The notes beneath the pieces were generated by a model that was not told the origin of the DNA, did not search any database, and worked only from the letters and a program-made list of their open reading frames with translations. Source: Verrucomicrobiota bacterium (GTDB lineage: Bacteria > Verrucomicrobiota > Verrucomicrobiia > Limisphaerales > JAFGQR01). From it: a stretch of DNA of 64,000 bases. This document shows, one piece after another, positions 55,959 through 64,000 of the stretch. The stretch spans positions 15,415-79,414 of the forward strand of contig JAFGQR010000022.1 in the NCBI GenBank assembly GCA_016935555.1, given 5' to 3'. The position numbers and the translations under genes are program-made. The number at the start of each line of letters is the position of its first letter. The stretch's first letter is position 1.

Positions 55959-57791
55959 CTATTCGATCTTGGGTGCGGATCGGGCGGCGATGGCCTCGGA
56001 GAGGAGGGACAGGGCTTCGGCGCGCGCGATGGCGCCGACGAGCTGGTTTTCGATCAGGTTATTGACCACGGGCACATTGCGCAGCTCGCTGGCGAGCAGC
56101 AGGGGCAGGACGTCGGCCAGTTTCTGGTCGGGCGTGAGGCGTGGCGGGGGGGGGCGCATGACGTCGCTGGCGATCACCGTGTCCAGTTCATAGCCGGCGG
56201 TGAGGAATTCCTTCAGGTCATGCAGCGCGACGCTGCCCAGGAGCCGCTGGCTTCGATCCACGACCGGCAGGTGATTGTAGGAGCTGCGCAGAAAACGCTC
56301 CGTCACTTGCCGGAAGGGGGTGTCGTCGCGCACGGGCGGGACGGGCTCGCGCATCAGGTCGCCGATGGTCTTTTCGGAGGCGGCTCCGAGGCGTGCGCTT
56401 TCGCGTTCGAGCTGGAGTCCCTTGCGGCGGAGCGGCTCGGTGTAGACCGACTCGGTGTGCAGGCCCCGCGCGACGAGGGTGGCCAGGACGCAGGCCAGCA
56501 TAAGTGGGGGCATGAGCGAATAGTTCAGGGACAGTTCGAACACGATGATCATGGCCAGCAGGGGCGAGTGTGTGGTGGCGGCGAGCATGCCGGCCATGCC
56601 CACCAACACGAAGGCGCCCGTGGGCGGCGTGGGGATGCCGAAGGCGTGGAGGGTCTGGCCCAGCAGGCAGCCCGTGGCCGCCCCCAGGAACATGGTCGGT
56701 GTGAACACGCCCCCCACGGTGCCGGCCCCCACCGTGATGCTCGTCGCCACCAGCTTCGCCACCAGCAGCCCCAGCACCATCCAAATCTCCGAGGCATGCG
56801 ACGTGCCGTGTCCGAGCAGCTCATTGGTGGCCGTATACCCGTTTCCCCAGATCTCGGGAAACGGAAGGGAGATGAGGCCGACGGCCAGCCCGGCCAGGGC
56901 GAGCCGGCCGTAGAGAGGCAGCCGAATCCTGAGGAACAGCTGCTCGCTCAGGCGCAGCGATTTCAGGAACACGGCGCCGCACACGCCCGCCAGCAGCCCG
57001 AGCACCACAAACCACGGCAACTGCGCCAGCCGCGTCACCTCGAACTCCGGCACGACATACCAGGGCTCGATCCCGAAGAACGAGCGCGACACGACGGCGG
57101 CGATGACGGATGCAAACACCAGCGGCGCGAACAGGCTCATCGAGAAGTTGCCCAGCACGATCTGCGCGGCGAACACGGCTCCGGCGATGGGGGCATTGTA
57201 ACAGGCAGCGATGCCGGAGGCGGCTCCGCAGGCGATCAGCAGCCGCAGCCTGTATGGCGGCCAGCGCATGAGCTGGCCCAGTTTCGACGCCAGGGTCGCG
57301 CACAGCTGGATCACGGCGCCCTCGCGTCCGATGGAGGCGCCCGTGTTGATGCTCACCATCGCGGCGGTGGTGCCCACGAGGGTGCCGCGCAGCGGCAGCC
57401 GGCCGTCCCCGGCCACCACGACTTCGAGCAGGTTGGTCCGGCCCGGCGTCCCGATCAGCCGCAGTCCCCAGTAAAGCACCGCCCCCGCCGCAAGCCCGCC
57501 CAGCGCCGGCACCAGCAGCTTGTGCACCGGCAGGTGCTCCAAATCCCGCGCGATCCGCACCATGTCCGCCGTGCTGCCCAGCACCAGCCACCGGAACAGC
57601 TCGTTCAGCAGGTTGAACACGTAATTCGCCATCCCCCCCACCACTCCCACCACCCCCGCCGAACAAATGTGCAGCGTCTCCTCGGACAGCCGCAGCTTGT
57701 CCCGCAGCACCAGCAGCCGCCGCCAGTGCGTTCGCAGCCAGGCGCGCACGAATGCCAGCAGCCGGCTCACCTTGTTCCACGCAACACCCAT
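55959..57791 (-). CDS. ClC chloride channel/antiporter family protein with CBS pair
   Basis: GASIGREG, ACGAASGIAA.YNAPIAG, GGVFTP, C-terminal CBS domains. Start set at ATG 57791. Confidence 0.93.
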   Translation of the reverse strand: MGVAWNKVSRLLAFVRAWLRTHWRRLLVLRDKLRLSEETLHICSAGVVGVVGGMANYVFNLLNELFRWLVLGSTADMVRIARDLEHLPVHKLLVPALGGLAAGAVLYWGLRLIGTPGRTNLLEVVVAGDGRLPLRGTLVGTTAAMVSINTGASIGREGAVIQLCATLASKLGQLMRWPPYRLRLLIACGAASGIAACYNAPIAGAVFAAQIVLGNFSMSLFAPLVFASVIAAVVSRSFFGIEPWYVVPEFEVTRLAQLPWFVVLGLLAGVCGAVFLKSLRLSEQLFLRIRLPLYGRLALAGLAVGLISLPFPEIWGNGYTATNELLGHGTSHASEIWMVLGLLVAKLVATSITVGAGTVGGVFTPTMFLGAATGCLLGQTLHAFGIPTPPTGAFVLVGMAGMLAATTHSPLLAMIIVFELSLNYSLMPPLMLACVLATLVARGLHTESVYTEPLRRKGLQLERESARLGAASEKTIGDLMREPVPPVRDDTPFRQVTERFLRSSYNHLPVVDRSQRLLGSVALHDLKEFLTAGYELDTVIASDVMRPPPPRLTPDQKLADVLPLLLASELRNVPVVNNLIENQLVGAIARAEALSLLSEAIAARSAPKIE

Positions 57792-57879
57792 CGCCGAAGC
57801 TTGGCAAAACCCGGTTCGTTTGACGAGCCAAGTTAATGGCCCCTTGGGTCCGCAGGAACCCAGGCCCCAAACGGGGACC

Positions 57880-57907
57880 AACATCGAACGCCGAACGCCG
57901 AACACCG
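57880..57907. repeat. Heptamer tandem repeat
   Basis: aacatcg aacgccg aacgccg aacaccg. Confidence 0.7.
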
Positions 57908-58056
57908 AGGGCGCGCCTGACCCGTGCGAAGCGCTGACTCGCCGCGGAGCTGGGGCCATGGACTTGCCGCCTCCGTCGGCAGCGTGCGCCTCGCTCTACA
58001 AAACCGCTGCGCGGTTTTGAGCCAACACCATTCAACCCGCCGCGCAGCGGCGGCAG

Positions 58057-58127
58057 AGAATCCTTGAGTTTTCGATTTCCGGCAGAACTTGATCTATTGA
58101 CAAAGCATGTGAAAACTCAAGGATTCT
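58057..58127. mobile_element. 71-bp MITE-like element with 17-bp perfect terminal inverted repeats
   Basis: agaatccttgagttttc (58057-58073) and gaaaactcaaggattct (58111-58127) around an AT-rich core. Confidence 0.55.
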
Positions 58128-59265
58128 AGCGGGCCGCCAGGATGCTCGCCACGGCATCCGGGCCGATGTCCCGGTGCTCGCCCAGAACGGTCTTGCGCTC
58201 GGCGAATCGGGTTCGGACTTTTTCGGCCGCTTCGGCGGGGTTGATGTGGTAGGCTTCGAAGCGCGTGGGCATGCCCAGGGAGTGGAAAAAGTCCTCGGTC
58301 CTGGCGATGGCGTCATCGGCGGTGCTGACATTCCAGACGCGCTGCCCGTATTGTTCCAGCTTGGCTTTCTTGGGTTCGCGCTGGTGTTTCCAGAGTCCCG
58401 GCAGCACGATGGCCAGGGTTTCGGCGTGGTCGAGCCCGTAGAAGGCCGTGAGTTCGTGCCCGATCATGTGCGTGGACCAGTCCTGCGGCACGCCGCACCC
58501 GATGAGCGTATTGAGCGCCATCGTGGCGCTCCACATGAACGTCGCCCTCGCCTCGTAGTGGTTCGGCTCGGCCAGGGTGGTCGGGCCCCATTCGGCAAGC
58601 GTCTGCAGAATGGACTCGGCGAACCGGTCCTGCAGGGGGGCGGCGGCCGGGTAGGTCATGTATTGTTCCATGACGTGCACGAAGGCGTCCACGATGCCAT
58701 TGCGCACCTGTTTCCGCGGCAGACTGAACGTCGTCTCGGGATCCAGCACGGAAAACACCGGAAACACATGCTTGGAGCTGAGCGCGAGTTTTTCCCGGGT
58801 GGCCTCGCGGGAGATGACGGCATTGCCGTTGGACTCCGAGCCGGTGGCGGGCAGGGTGAGCACGGCGCCCAGGGGAAGGGCCGACTGGATGACGACCCCG
58901 TGGGACCGGAGGATCTCCCACGAATCCGGTCCGGCGAAGCGCGCGGCCGCGGCGATGAATTTGGCGGCATCCAGGACCGATCCGCCGCCTGCGGCCAGGA
59001 TGAAGCCGGCCTGGCTGGTTTTGACGACGTCGACGGCCTTCAGGCAGGTTTCGTAGAGGGGGTTGACTTCGATGCCGCCGAATTCCACGACGCGATGGTT
59101 TTTGAGGGTGGCCTTCACCTGTTCGTAAACGCCGTTGCGCTTGATGGACCCGCCCCCGTAGAGCAGCAACACCGGCGCCTGCGCCGGCACCCGCTTCCCC
59201 GCCTCCGCAATCGTCCCCCGCCCAAACACAATCTCCGTCGGATTCCTGAATACAAAATTCTGCAT
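58126..59265 (-). CDS. YqhD/BdhA-like NADPH-dependent aldehyde reductase (iron-containing ADH family)
   Basis: NF.F.NPT.I.FG.G, YGGGSIKRNGVY, FGGIE.NP, TLPATGSESN, QDWSTHMIGHELTA. Confidence 0.92.
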   Translation of the reverse strand: MQNFVFRNPTEIVFGRGTIAEAGKRVPAQAPVLLLYGGGSIKRNGVYEQVKATLKNHRVVEFGGIEVNPLYETCLKAVDVVKTSQAGFILAAGGGSVLDAAKFIAAAARFAGPDSWEILRSHGVVIQSALPLGAVLTLPATGSESNGNAVISREATREKLALSSKHVFPVFSVLDPETTFSLPRKQVRNGIVDAFVHVMEQYMTYPAAAPLQDRFAESILQTLAEWGPTTLAEPNHYEARATFMWSATMALNTLIGCGVPQDWSTHMIGHELTAFYGLDHAETLAIVLPGLWKHQREPKKAKLEQYGQRVWNVSTADDAIARTEDFFHSLGMPTRFEAYHINPAEAAEKVRTRFAERKTVLGEHRDIGPDAVASILAAR

Positions 59266-59325
59266 GGGCCGATTCATCCATGTGCGTCGCCGTTCTGTCA
59301 AGGGCGGGCCCGTGGCGCGCGGCTT

Positions 59326-59354
59326 TTGACAATGGCGGGGGGATCTTCTAAGCT
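59326..59354 (+). promoter_or_regulatory. Sigma-70 promoter for hisD-hisC
   Basis: TTGACA-N17-TAAGCT ending 10 nt before the hisD ATG. Confidence 0.65.
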
Positions 59355-59364
59355 GACGTTCCCG

Positions 59365-60660
59365 ATGAAGATCATTCGCTTTGCCGAGCCTGAATTTGAG
59401 CAGCTCTTAACGGAGCAGACGCGGGCCTCGAGCCTGTTCGATCCCGGGATCGAAGCGCAGACGCGGGCGATTGTGGACGACGTCGCTGCGCGCGGGGACG
59501 CGGCGCTGCTGGAGTATACACGGCGTTTCGACGGGGCGGCGCTGACGGCCGGCCAGCTGGCGGTGACAAAAGCCGAATGGATGCAAGTGGCTCTCGAGGC
59601 GGACGCCACGCTGCGGTCGGCGATTGCGGACGCGCATCGCAACATTGCGTGGTTCAGCCGCCGGTCGCTGCGCCGGAACTGGACGGCGAAGAACGCCCAT
59701 GGCGCGGTGGTGGGCGAGAAGTTCGATCCGTTTCAGCGGGTGGGGATTTACATTCCGGGCGGGGCGGCTCCGCTGGTGTCGACGGCCCTGATGACGATCA
59801 CGCTGGCGCGGGTGGCAGGCTGTCCGGAGATCGTCGTATGCACGCCGTGCAATGCCCGGGGCGAGGTGAATGCCGGGCTGCTGTTTGCCGCGCGCACCGC
59901 GGGGGCCACGGAGGTTTACCGGGTCGGGGGTGCTCAGGCGGTGGCTGCGATGGCGTATGGGACGGCGACTATCCGGGGTGTGCAGAAGGTGTTTGGTCCG
60001 GGGAATGCATATGTGGTTGCGGCAAAACGGCTTCTGTTTGGCCGCGTGGCAGTGGACCTCCTCCCAGGCCCAAGTGAAGTGCTGGTCCTCGCCGACCATA
60101 CCGCCCATCCCCCGTTCGCCGCCGCCGACCTGCTCGCCCAAGCCGAGCACGGCTCCGGGCATGAACGCATCTGGCTGGTCACCCCGTCCGCACGGCTGCT
60201 GCGCGCGGTGGGCGCTGAAATCCGGCGGCAATGGCCCCGGCTGGGCCGCCGCGCCCTGGTGGAACGCGTGCTCGACGCTCACGCCTGTCTCATCCAAGTC
60301 AAGTCCATGGACCAAGGCGTCGAGGTGGTCAACCGCCTCGCGCCCGAACACTGCGAAATCATGACCCGCCAGCCGCGCGTGCTGGCGGCGCGGATTCGGA
60401 CGGCGGGCGCCATTTTTCTGGGGCGCTGGTCGCCGACTGCGCTGGGCGACTATGTGGCGGGGCCAAGCCACACCCTGCCGACGGGCGGCGCCGGCGCGGC
60501 GTTTGCGGGTTTGACGGCTGATCAGTTCCAGCGCCGGACCAGCGTGGTGGGCTACGGCCGCGCGGCGTTGCGCAAGGCGATGAAGCCGTTGCAGGCGCTG
60601 GCTGCGGTGGAAGGCCTGGACGCGCATGGCCGTTCCGCGTCGATCCGGCTCAACCCTTGA
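59365..60660 (+). CDS. hisD: Histidinol dehydrogenase
   Basis: RVGIYIPGG, GGAQAVAAMAYG, GPGNAYV, DLLAQAEH, APEH, GDYVAGPSHTLPT. Confidence 0.97.
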   Translation: MKIIRFAEPEFEQLLTEQTRASSLFDPGIEAQTRAIVDDVAARGDAALLEYTRRFDGAALTAGQLAVTKAEWMQVALEADATLRSAIADAHRNIAWFSRRSLRRNWTAKNAHGAVVGEKFDPFQRVGIYIPGGAAPLVSTALMTITLARVAGCPEIVVCTPCNARGEVNAGLLFAARTAGATEVYRVGGAQAVAAMAYGTATIRGVQKVFGPGNAYVVAAKRLLFGRVAVDLLPGPSEVLVLADHTAHPPFAAADLLAQAEHGSGHERIWLVTPSARLLRAVGAEIRRQWPRLGRRALVERVLDAHACLIQVKSMDQGVEVVNRLAPEHCEIMTRQPRVLAARIRTAGAIFLGRWSPTALGDYVAGPSHTLPTGGAGAAFAGLTADQFQRRTSVVGYGRAALRKAMKPLQALAAVEGLDAHGRSASIRLNP

Positions 60661-60690
60661 GATCCCCCGACCCTCACCCCCGGACTGTTC

Positions 60691-61884
60691 ATGCCCCCCA
60701 GGAATGCCTTCCCCCAAAAAACCCGCCACGGCCGGGCGCCCTCCCCCGCCGCGTCGACCTTCATCCGTCCCAGCGTGCGTCGCCTTCGCCCGTATGTGCC
60801 CGGCGAGCAGCCCAAGATCAGGGGTCTGATCAAGCTGAACACGAACGAAAACCCGTATCCGCCCTCGCCCCGGGTGCTGGCGGCCATCAGGGCCGCGGTG
60901 GATGGGCGCCTGCGGCTCTATCCTAATCCCACGGCCGAAGCCCTGCGCCGGCGGCTTGCGGCGCTCCACGGTTGCGCGCCGGAAAACCTGATTGTGGGGA
61001 ACGGTTCCGACGAATTGCTCGCCCTGGCCTCGCGCGCCTTTGTCGAGCCGGCCTCGGTCCCGCTCGGGACTCGCGCCCGGCGGGCCCGTGCCACGATTCA
61101 ATACTTCACGCCGAGCTATTCGCTGTATCCCGTGCTGGCGGATATCCACGGCGCCCGGAGAAATCCCGTGCCGCTCAACCCGGATTTCAGCCTGCCGAGC
61201 CTGCGCGGGCTCGAGTTGGGCAAACGGTGGGAGTGGGACGCCGCGCTGACCTATGTCACCACCCCGAACGCGCCCTGCGGACGCGGGTATGCGACTGCGG
61301 ATTTGGGGCGGCTTTGCGGGGCGCAGCGGGGGGTGGTGCTGCTGGACGAGGCGTATGCGGATTTCGCGGAGGACAACGCGCTGCGTCTTGGGCTGGAGCG
61401 CCCGAACGTGATTGTGGCCCGGACCTTTTCCAAGGCCTACGCGCTCTGCCACCAGCGGGTCGGGTATGCCGTGGGCCCGGAGACCTTGATCGACGCCATG
61501 CACCGGATTCGCGACAGTTACAACGTCAACGGACTCGGCCAGGTCGCCGCGCTCGCCACCCTCGATGACCCCGGTTATTACCGCGCCAACCTCCGCCGCG
61601 TCGTCGCCAGCCGCCAGCGCCTCGGCCACGCCCTGGCCGAACTCGGCTTCGACGTCCTGCCCAGCCAGACCAACTTCCTCCTCGCCCGACCCCCGGGTCC
61701 GCCTGCGCAAACCTGGCTGGAGCGCCTGCGCGCCAGACGCATCCTGGTGCGGTGGTGGGATGACCCTTCCGTGCGCGACTACTTGCGCATCAGCATCGGC
61801 ACCGAGGCGGAGGTGGACACCCTGATCGGCACGGTGAAACGGCTTTTGCGGAGCGCTGGCCCGGGACAGCGCCGGGCCCGGTGA
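60691..61884 (+). CDS. hisC: Histidinol-phosphate aminotransferase
   Basis: YVPGEQP, KLNTNENPYPPSP, GNGSDE, DEAYADF, RTFSKAY (PLP lysine), LRISIGT. Confidence 0.95.
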   Translation: MPPRNAFPQKTRHGRAPSPAASTFIRPSVRRLRPYVPGEQPKIRGLIKLNTNENPYPPSPRVLAAIRAAVDGRLRLYPNPTAEALRRRLAALHGCAPENLIVGNGSDELLALASRAFVEPASVPLGTRARRARATIQYFTPSYSLYPVLADIHGARRNPVPLNPDFSLPSLRGLELGKRWEWDAALTYVTTPNAPCGRGYATADLGRLCGAQRGVVLLDEAYADFAEDNALRLGLERPNVIVARTFSKAYALCHQRVGYAVGPETLIDAMHRIRDSYNVNGLGQVAALATLDDPGYYRANLRRVVASRQRLGHALAELGFDVLPSQTNFLLARPPGPPAQTWLERLRARRILVRWWDDPSVRDYLRISIGTEAEVDTLIGTVKRLLRSAGPGQRRAR

Positions 61885-61969
61885 CCAGGTCCCGGGTTGT
61901 TGTTCATGCTTCTGCGCCAGCTCGTGCCCGACTGAGCCTCGCCGATTCGCGAAGCGCATCCCTCGTGGG

Positions 61970-61992
61970 AGGGACGCGTTCCACGCGTCCCT
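61970..61992. repeat. REP-like palindrome
   Basis: agggacgcg-ttcca-cgcgtccct downstream of hisC. Confidence 0.5.
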
Positions 61993-62251
61993 GCCGGATA
62001 GAACTTGTGAATTGGCAGTTTTATGGTTTAATACGCGGCAATCGCAGACCTGTATTCCGGGCGCTGACCACGCCGGAAGCGGGGATGACTGCGGGCAGAA
62101 CCGATTCGATCATCGATGAAACGCGAGCATGCCGCGTGCGGCTCCCTGGGCTGGCGGGTGCGGCCGGTGGAAAACCGGCCGTGCCAGCGTCCCGTGGGCT
62201 TGCGGCGCGGCGGGCTCGAGCAAGAAACGTCAACCCCTTAAGGATTACCCC

Positions 62252-63040
62252 ATGCACATGAACCTCTCCCTTCTCGGAAGCCTGCTCCTGGTGCCGCTGC
62301 TGGCCGCGCCGGCTGTCGCCCAGATCAGCACGTTCGACACCGACAACGACGGCTGGACCGTGATCAACAACGGCGAGTCGCCCCTGTCGTGGCTCGCCAC
62401 GGGCGGCAATCCCGGCGGGTGCATTCAGAACCAGGATGCCAGCGCCGAGAGCGGCTGGTTCGAGGCGCCGGCCAAGTTCCTCGGGAACCAGTCCGCAGTC
62501 TACGGGATCTATCTGCGGTTCGATCTGCGCACGCAATCGCCGTTCGCGGTGCCTGCGGGCCAGCTGGTCGAGCTGGTCGGCGGCGCCGGCCAGGTCTCCC
62601 TCCGGTTCCCGATGCCAACCTTGCCGAGCCGGAAGTGGACGTCGATCACCATCCCGCTGGTGGCGTCGGCGGGGTGGCTGGTCAACGAGATTTATCCCGC
62701 AACGGAGGAGCAGCTGCAGACCGTGCTGGCGGACCTGCAACACCTGCGCATCGACGCGGACATCATCGACGGGGTGGACCAGGATGTCACCTCGCTGGAC
62801 AACGTCACCTTCACATCCTGTCTGCCTCCGACCGTATCGATCCGCGTGTCCCACTTCGAGGTTTGCTGGAACTCGTGCACCAACAAGACCTACAACGTCC
62901 AATACAGCACCGTCCTGGCACCCGATACCTGGATCAATTTGTCCACCGGCCTCCCCGGCAACGGCACCACCAACTGCGTCCTCGATTCCATCCCCGTCGG
63001 CGCCCCCTGGCGTTTTTACCGCGTCCAGCCTGTCGAGTAA
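62252..63040 (+). CDS. Secreted laminin-B(IV)-like domain protein with C-terminal W...FYRV domain
   Basis: Signal peptide (AVA-Q). STFDTDNDGW, GGNPGG, WFEAPAKFLGNQS..YG..LRFD, L.I.AD......LDNV. Tail ends WRFYRVQPVE. Confidence 0.75.
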   Translation: MHMNLSLLGSLLLVPLLAAPAVAQISTFDTDNDGWTVINNGESPLSWLATGGNPGGCIQNQDASAESGWFEAPAKFLGNQSAVYGIYLRFDLRTQSPFAVPAGQLVELVGGAGQVSLRFPMPTLPSRKWTSITIPLVASAGWLVNEIYPATEEQLQTVLADLQHLRIDADIIDGVDQDVTSLDNVTFTSCLPPTVSIRVSHFEVCWNSCTNKTYNVQYSTVLAPDTWINLSTGLPGNGTTNCVLDSIPVGAPWRFYRVQPVE

Positions 63041-63124
63041 TCCCCGGCGTTGGACCCCTCCGGGAGAACTGGCCGGCGTTTTGCAGGGCGAGGAGCACGG
63101 CGCCCCGTGGCGGGGCGGCGCCGG

Positions 63125-64000
63125 CTATTCCAGGAACACCCGGTGCAGGATCCGCGTGGCGGACTCGCCCTTGTCGGCTTTGACGACGACGGAGATTTTG
63201 ATTTCGCTGGTGGAGATCATTTCGATGTTGATGCCGGCGTCGGCGAGCGCCTCGAACATTTTGGCGGCGACGCCCGAGTGGCTGCGCATGCCGACGCCGA
63301 CGATGGACACTTTGCTGATGTTCTCGTCGGCGGCGGCGTGTTTGAACCCGATGGCGTTTCCGATGCCGTCGAGGACTTTTTTGGCCTTGAGCAGGTCGGG
63401 TTTGTCGATCGTGAACGAGATGTCCGTGGCCCCGCCGGCCCCGTGACTTGCCGTCTGCACGATCATGTCCACGTTGATGGCGCTGTCGGCGATCGCCTTG
63501 AAGATCCGCGCCGCCGCGCCGGGCTGGTCGGGGACGTGGACCAGGGTGATTTTGGCCTGGTTTCTGTCCAGGGACACGCCGCGGATCACGACGCTTTCCA
63601 TGCTCTGGGTTTCTTCTTTCACAATCGTGCCTGGGTTGTCGTTTAAGCTGGAGCGCACCTCGAAAACCACCTTGAACTTCTTCGCAAATTCCACCGAGCG
63701 CAACTGCATCACCTTCGCCCCCGCCCCCGCCAACTCCAGCATCTCGTCGTAGGAGATTTCGCCCAGCTTGCGCGCGGACGGGACCACGCGCGGGTCGGAG
63801 GTGTAGACGCCGTCGACGTCGGTGTAGATCTGGCACAGGTCCGCCTTGAGCGCGCCGGCCATGGCGATGGCCGACAGATCGGAGCCGCCGCGGCCCAGGG
63901 TGGTGATCTGGCCCTCGGGCGTCTGGCCCTGAAACCCGGCGACGATCACCACGTTGCCGTCGTCCAGCAGCCGGTGCACTTGCTTGGGCGTGATGTTCTG
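63125..64000 (-). CDS. lysC: Aspartate kinase, 5'-truncated by the window end
   Basis: AGFQG, TTLGRGGSD, IYTDVDGVY..DPR, two ACT domains (VPDQPG; SIVGVGM; STSEIKIS). Confidence 0.96.
   Translation of the reverse strand, partial: QNITPKQVHRLLDDGNVVIVAGFQGQTPEGQITTLGRGGSDLSAIAMAGALKADLCQIYTDVDGVYTSDPRVVPSARKLGEISYDEMLELAGAGAKVMQLRSVEFAKKFKVVFEVRSSLNDNPGTIVKEETQSMESVVIRGVSLDRNQAKITLVHVPDQPGAAARIFKAIADSAINVDMIVQTASHGAGGATDISFTIDKPDLLKAKKVLDGIGNAIGFKHAAADENISKVSIVGVGMRSHSGVAAKMFEALADAGINIEMISTSEIKISVVVKADKGESATRILHRVFLE

Noticed and set aside
61978-61993. Second parS site (gttccacg...)
   Set aside because: Only a half match; better explained as the loop and arm of a REP-like palindrome.

Overview
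High-GC bacterial chromosomal window. Gene content and order (dnaK-groES-groEL, stand-alone GlmU-like acetyltransferase, BatD/BatE, secreted proteins ending in a W...FYR beta-domain) look like Verrucomicrobiota (Pedosphaera/Limisphaera-like); this placement is inference. It is probably origin-proximal: it carries dnaN, mnmG and a perfect parS palindrome. About 40 CDS, mostly housekeeping or metabolic (rpsA, dnaN, DinG-like helicase, trxA, xylB, chaperones, mnmG, hisD, hisC, lysC), plus secreted hydrolases, a two-component pair and a squalene-hopene-cyclase-like gene. The most unusual item is an uninterrupted 2811-aa depsipeptide-type NRPS (C-A[keto acid]-KR-C-A) whose adenylation motifs and second condensation motif are ablated, with no intact carrier domain. 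Other highlights: parS inside an in-frame MnmG insertion within a low-GC halo; an AT-rich inverted repeat inside the cyclase gene; a sigma-54-like promoter plus upstream palindrome before dnaK; a SEC-C/coiled-coil/RelE-like fusion; a shared C-terminal domain that may be a sorting signal; and several small repeat elements (REPIN, MITE-like, tandem 6-7-mers). I saw no tRNA, rRNA, CRISPR array or transposase. All calls come from motif reading without database searches.
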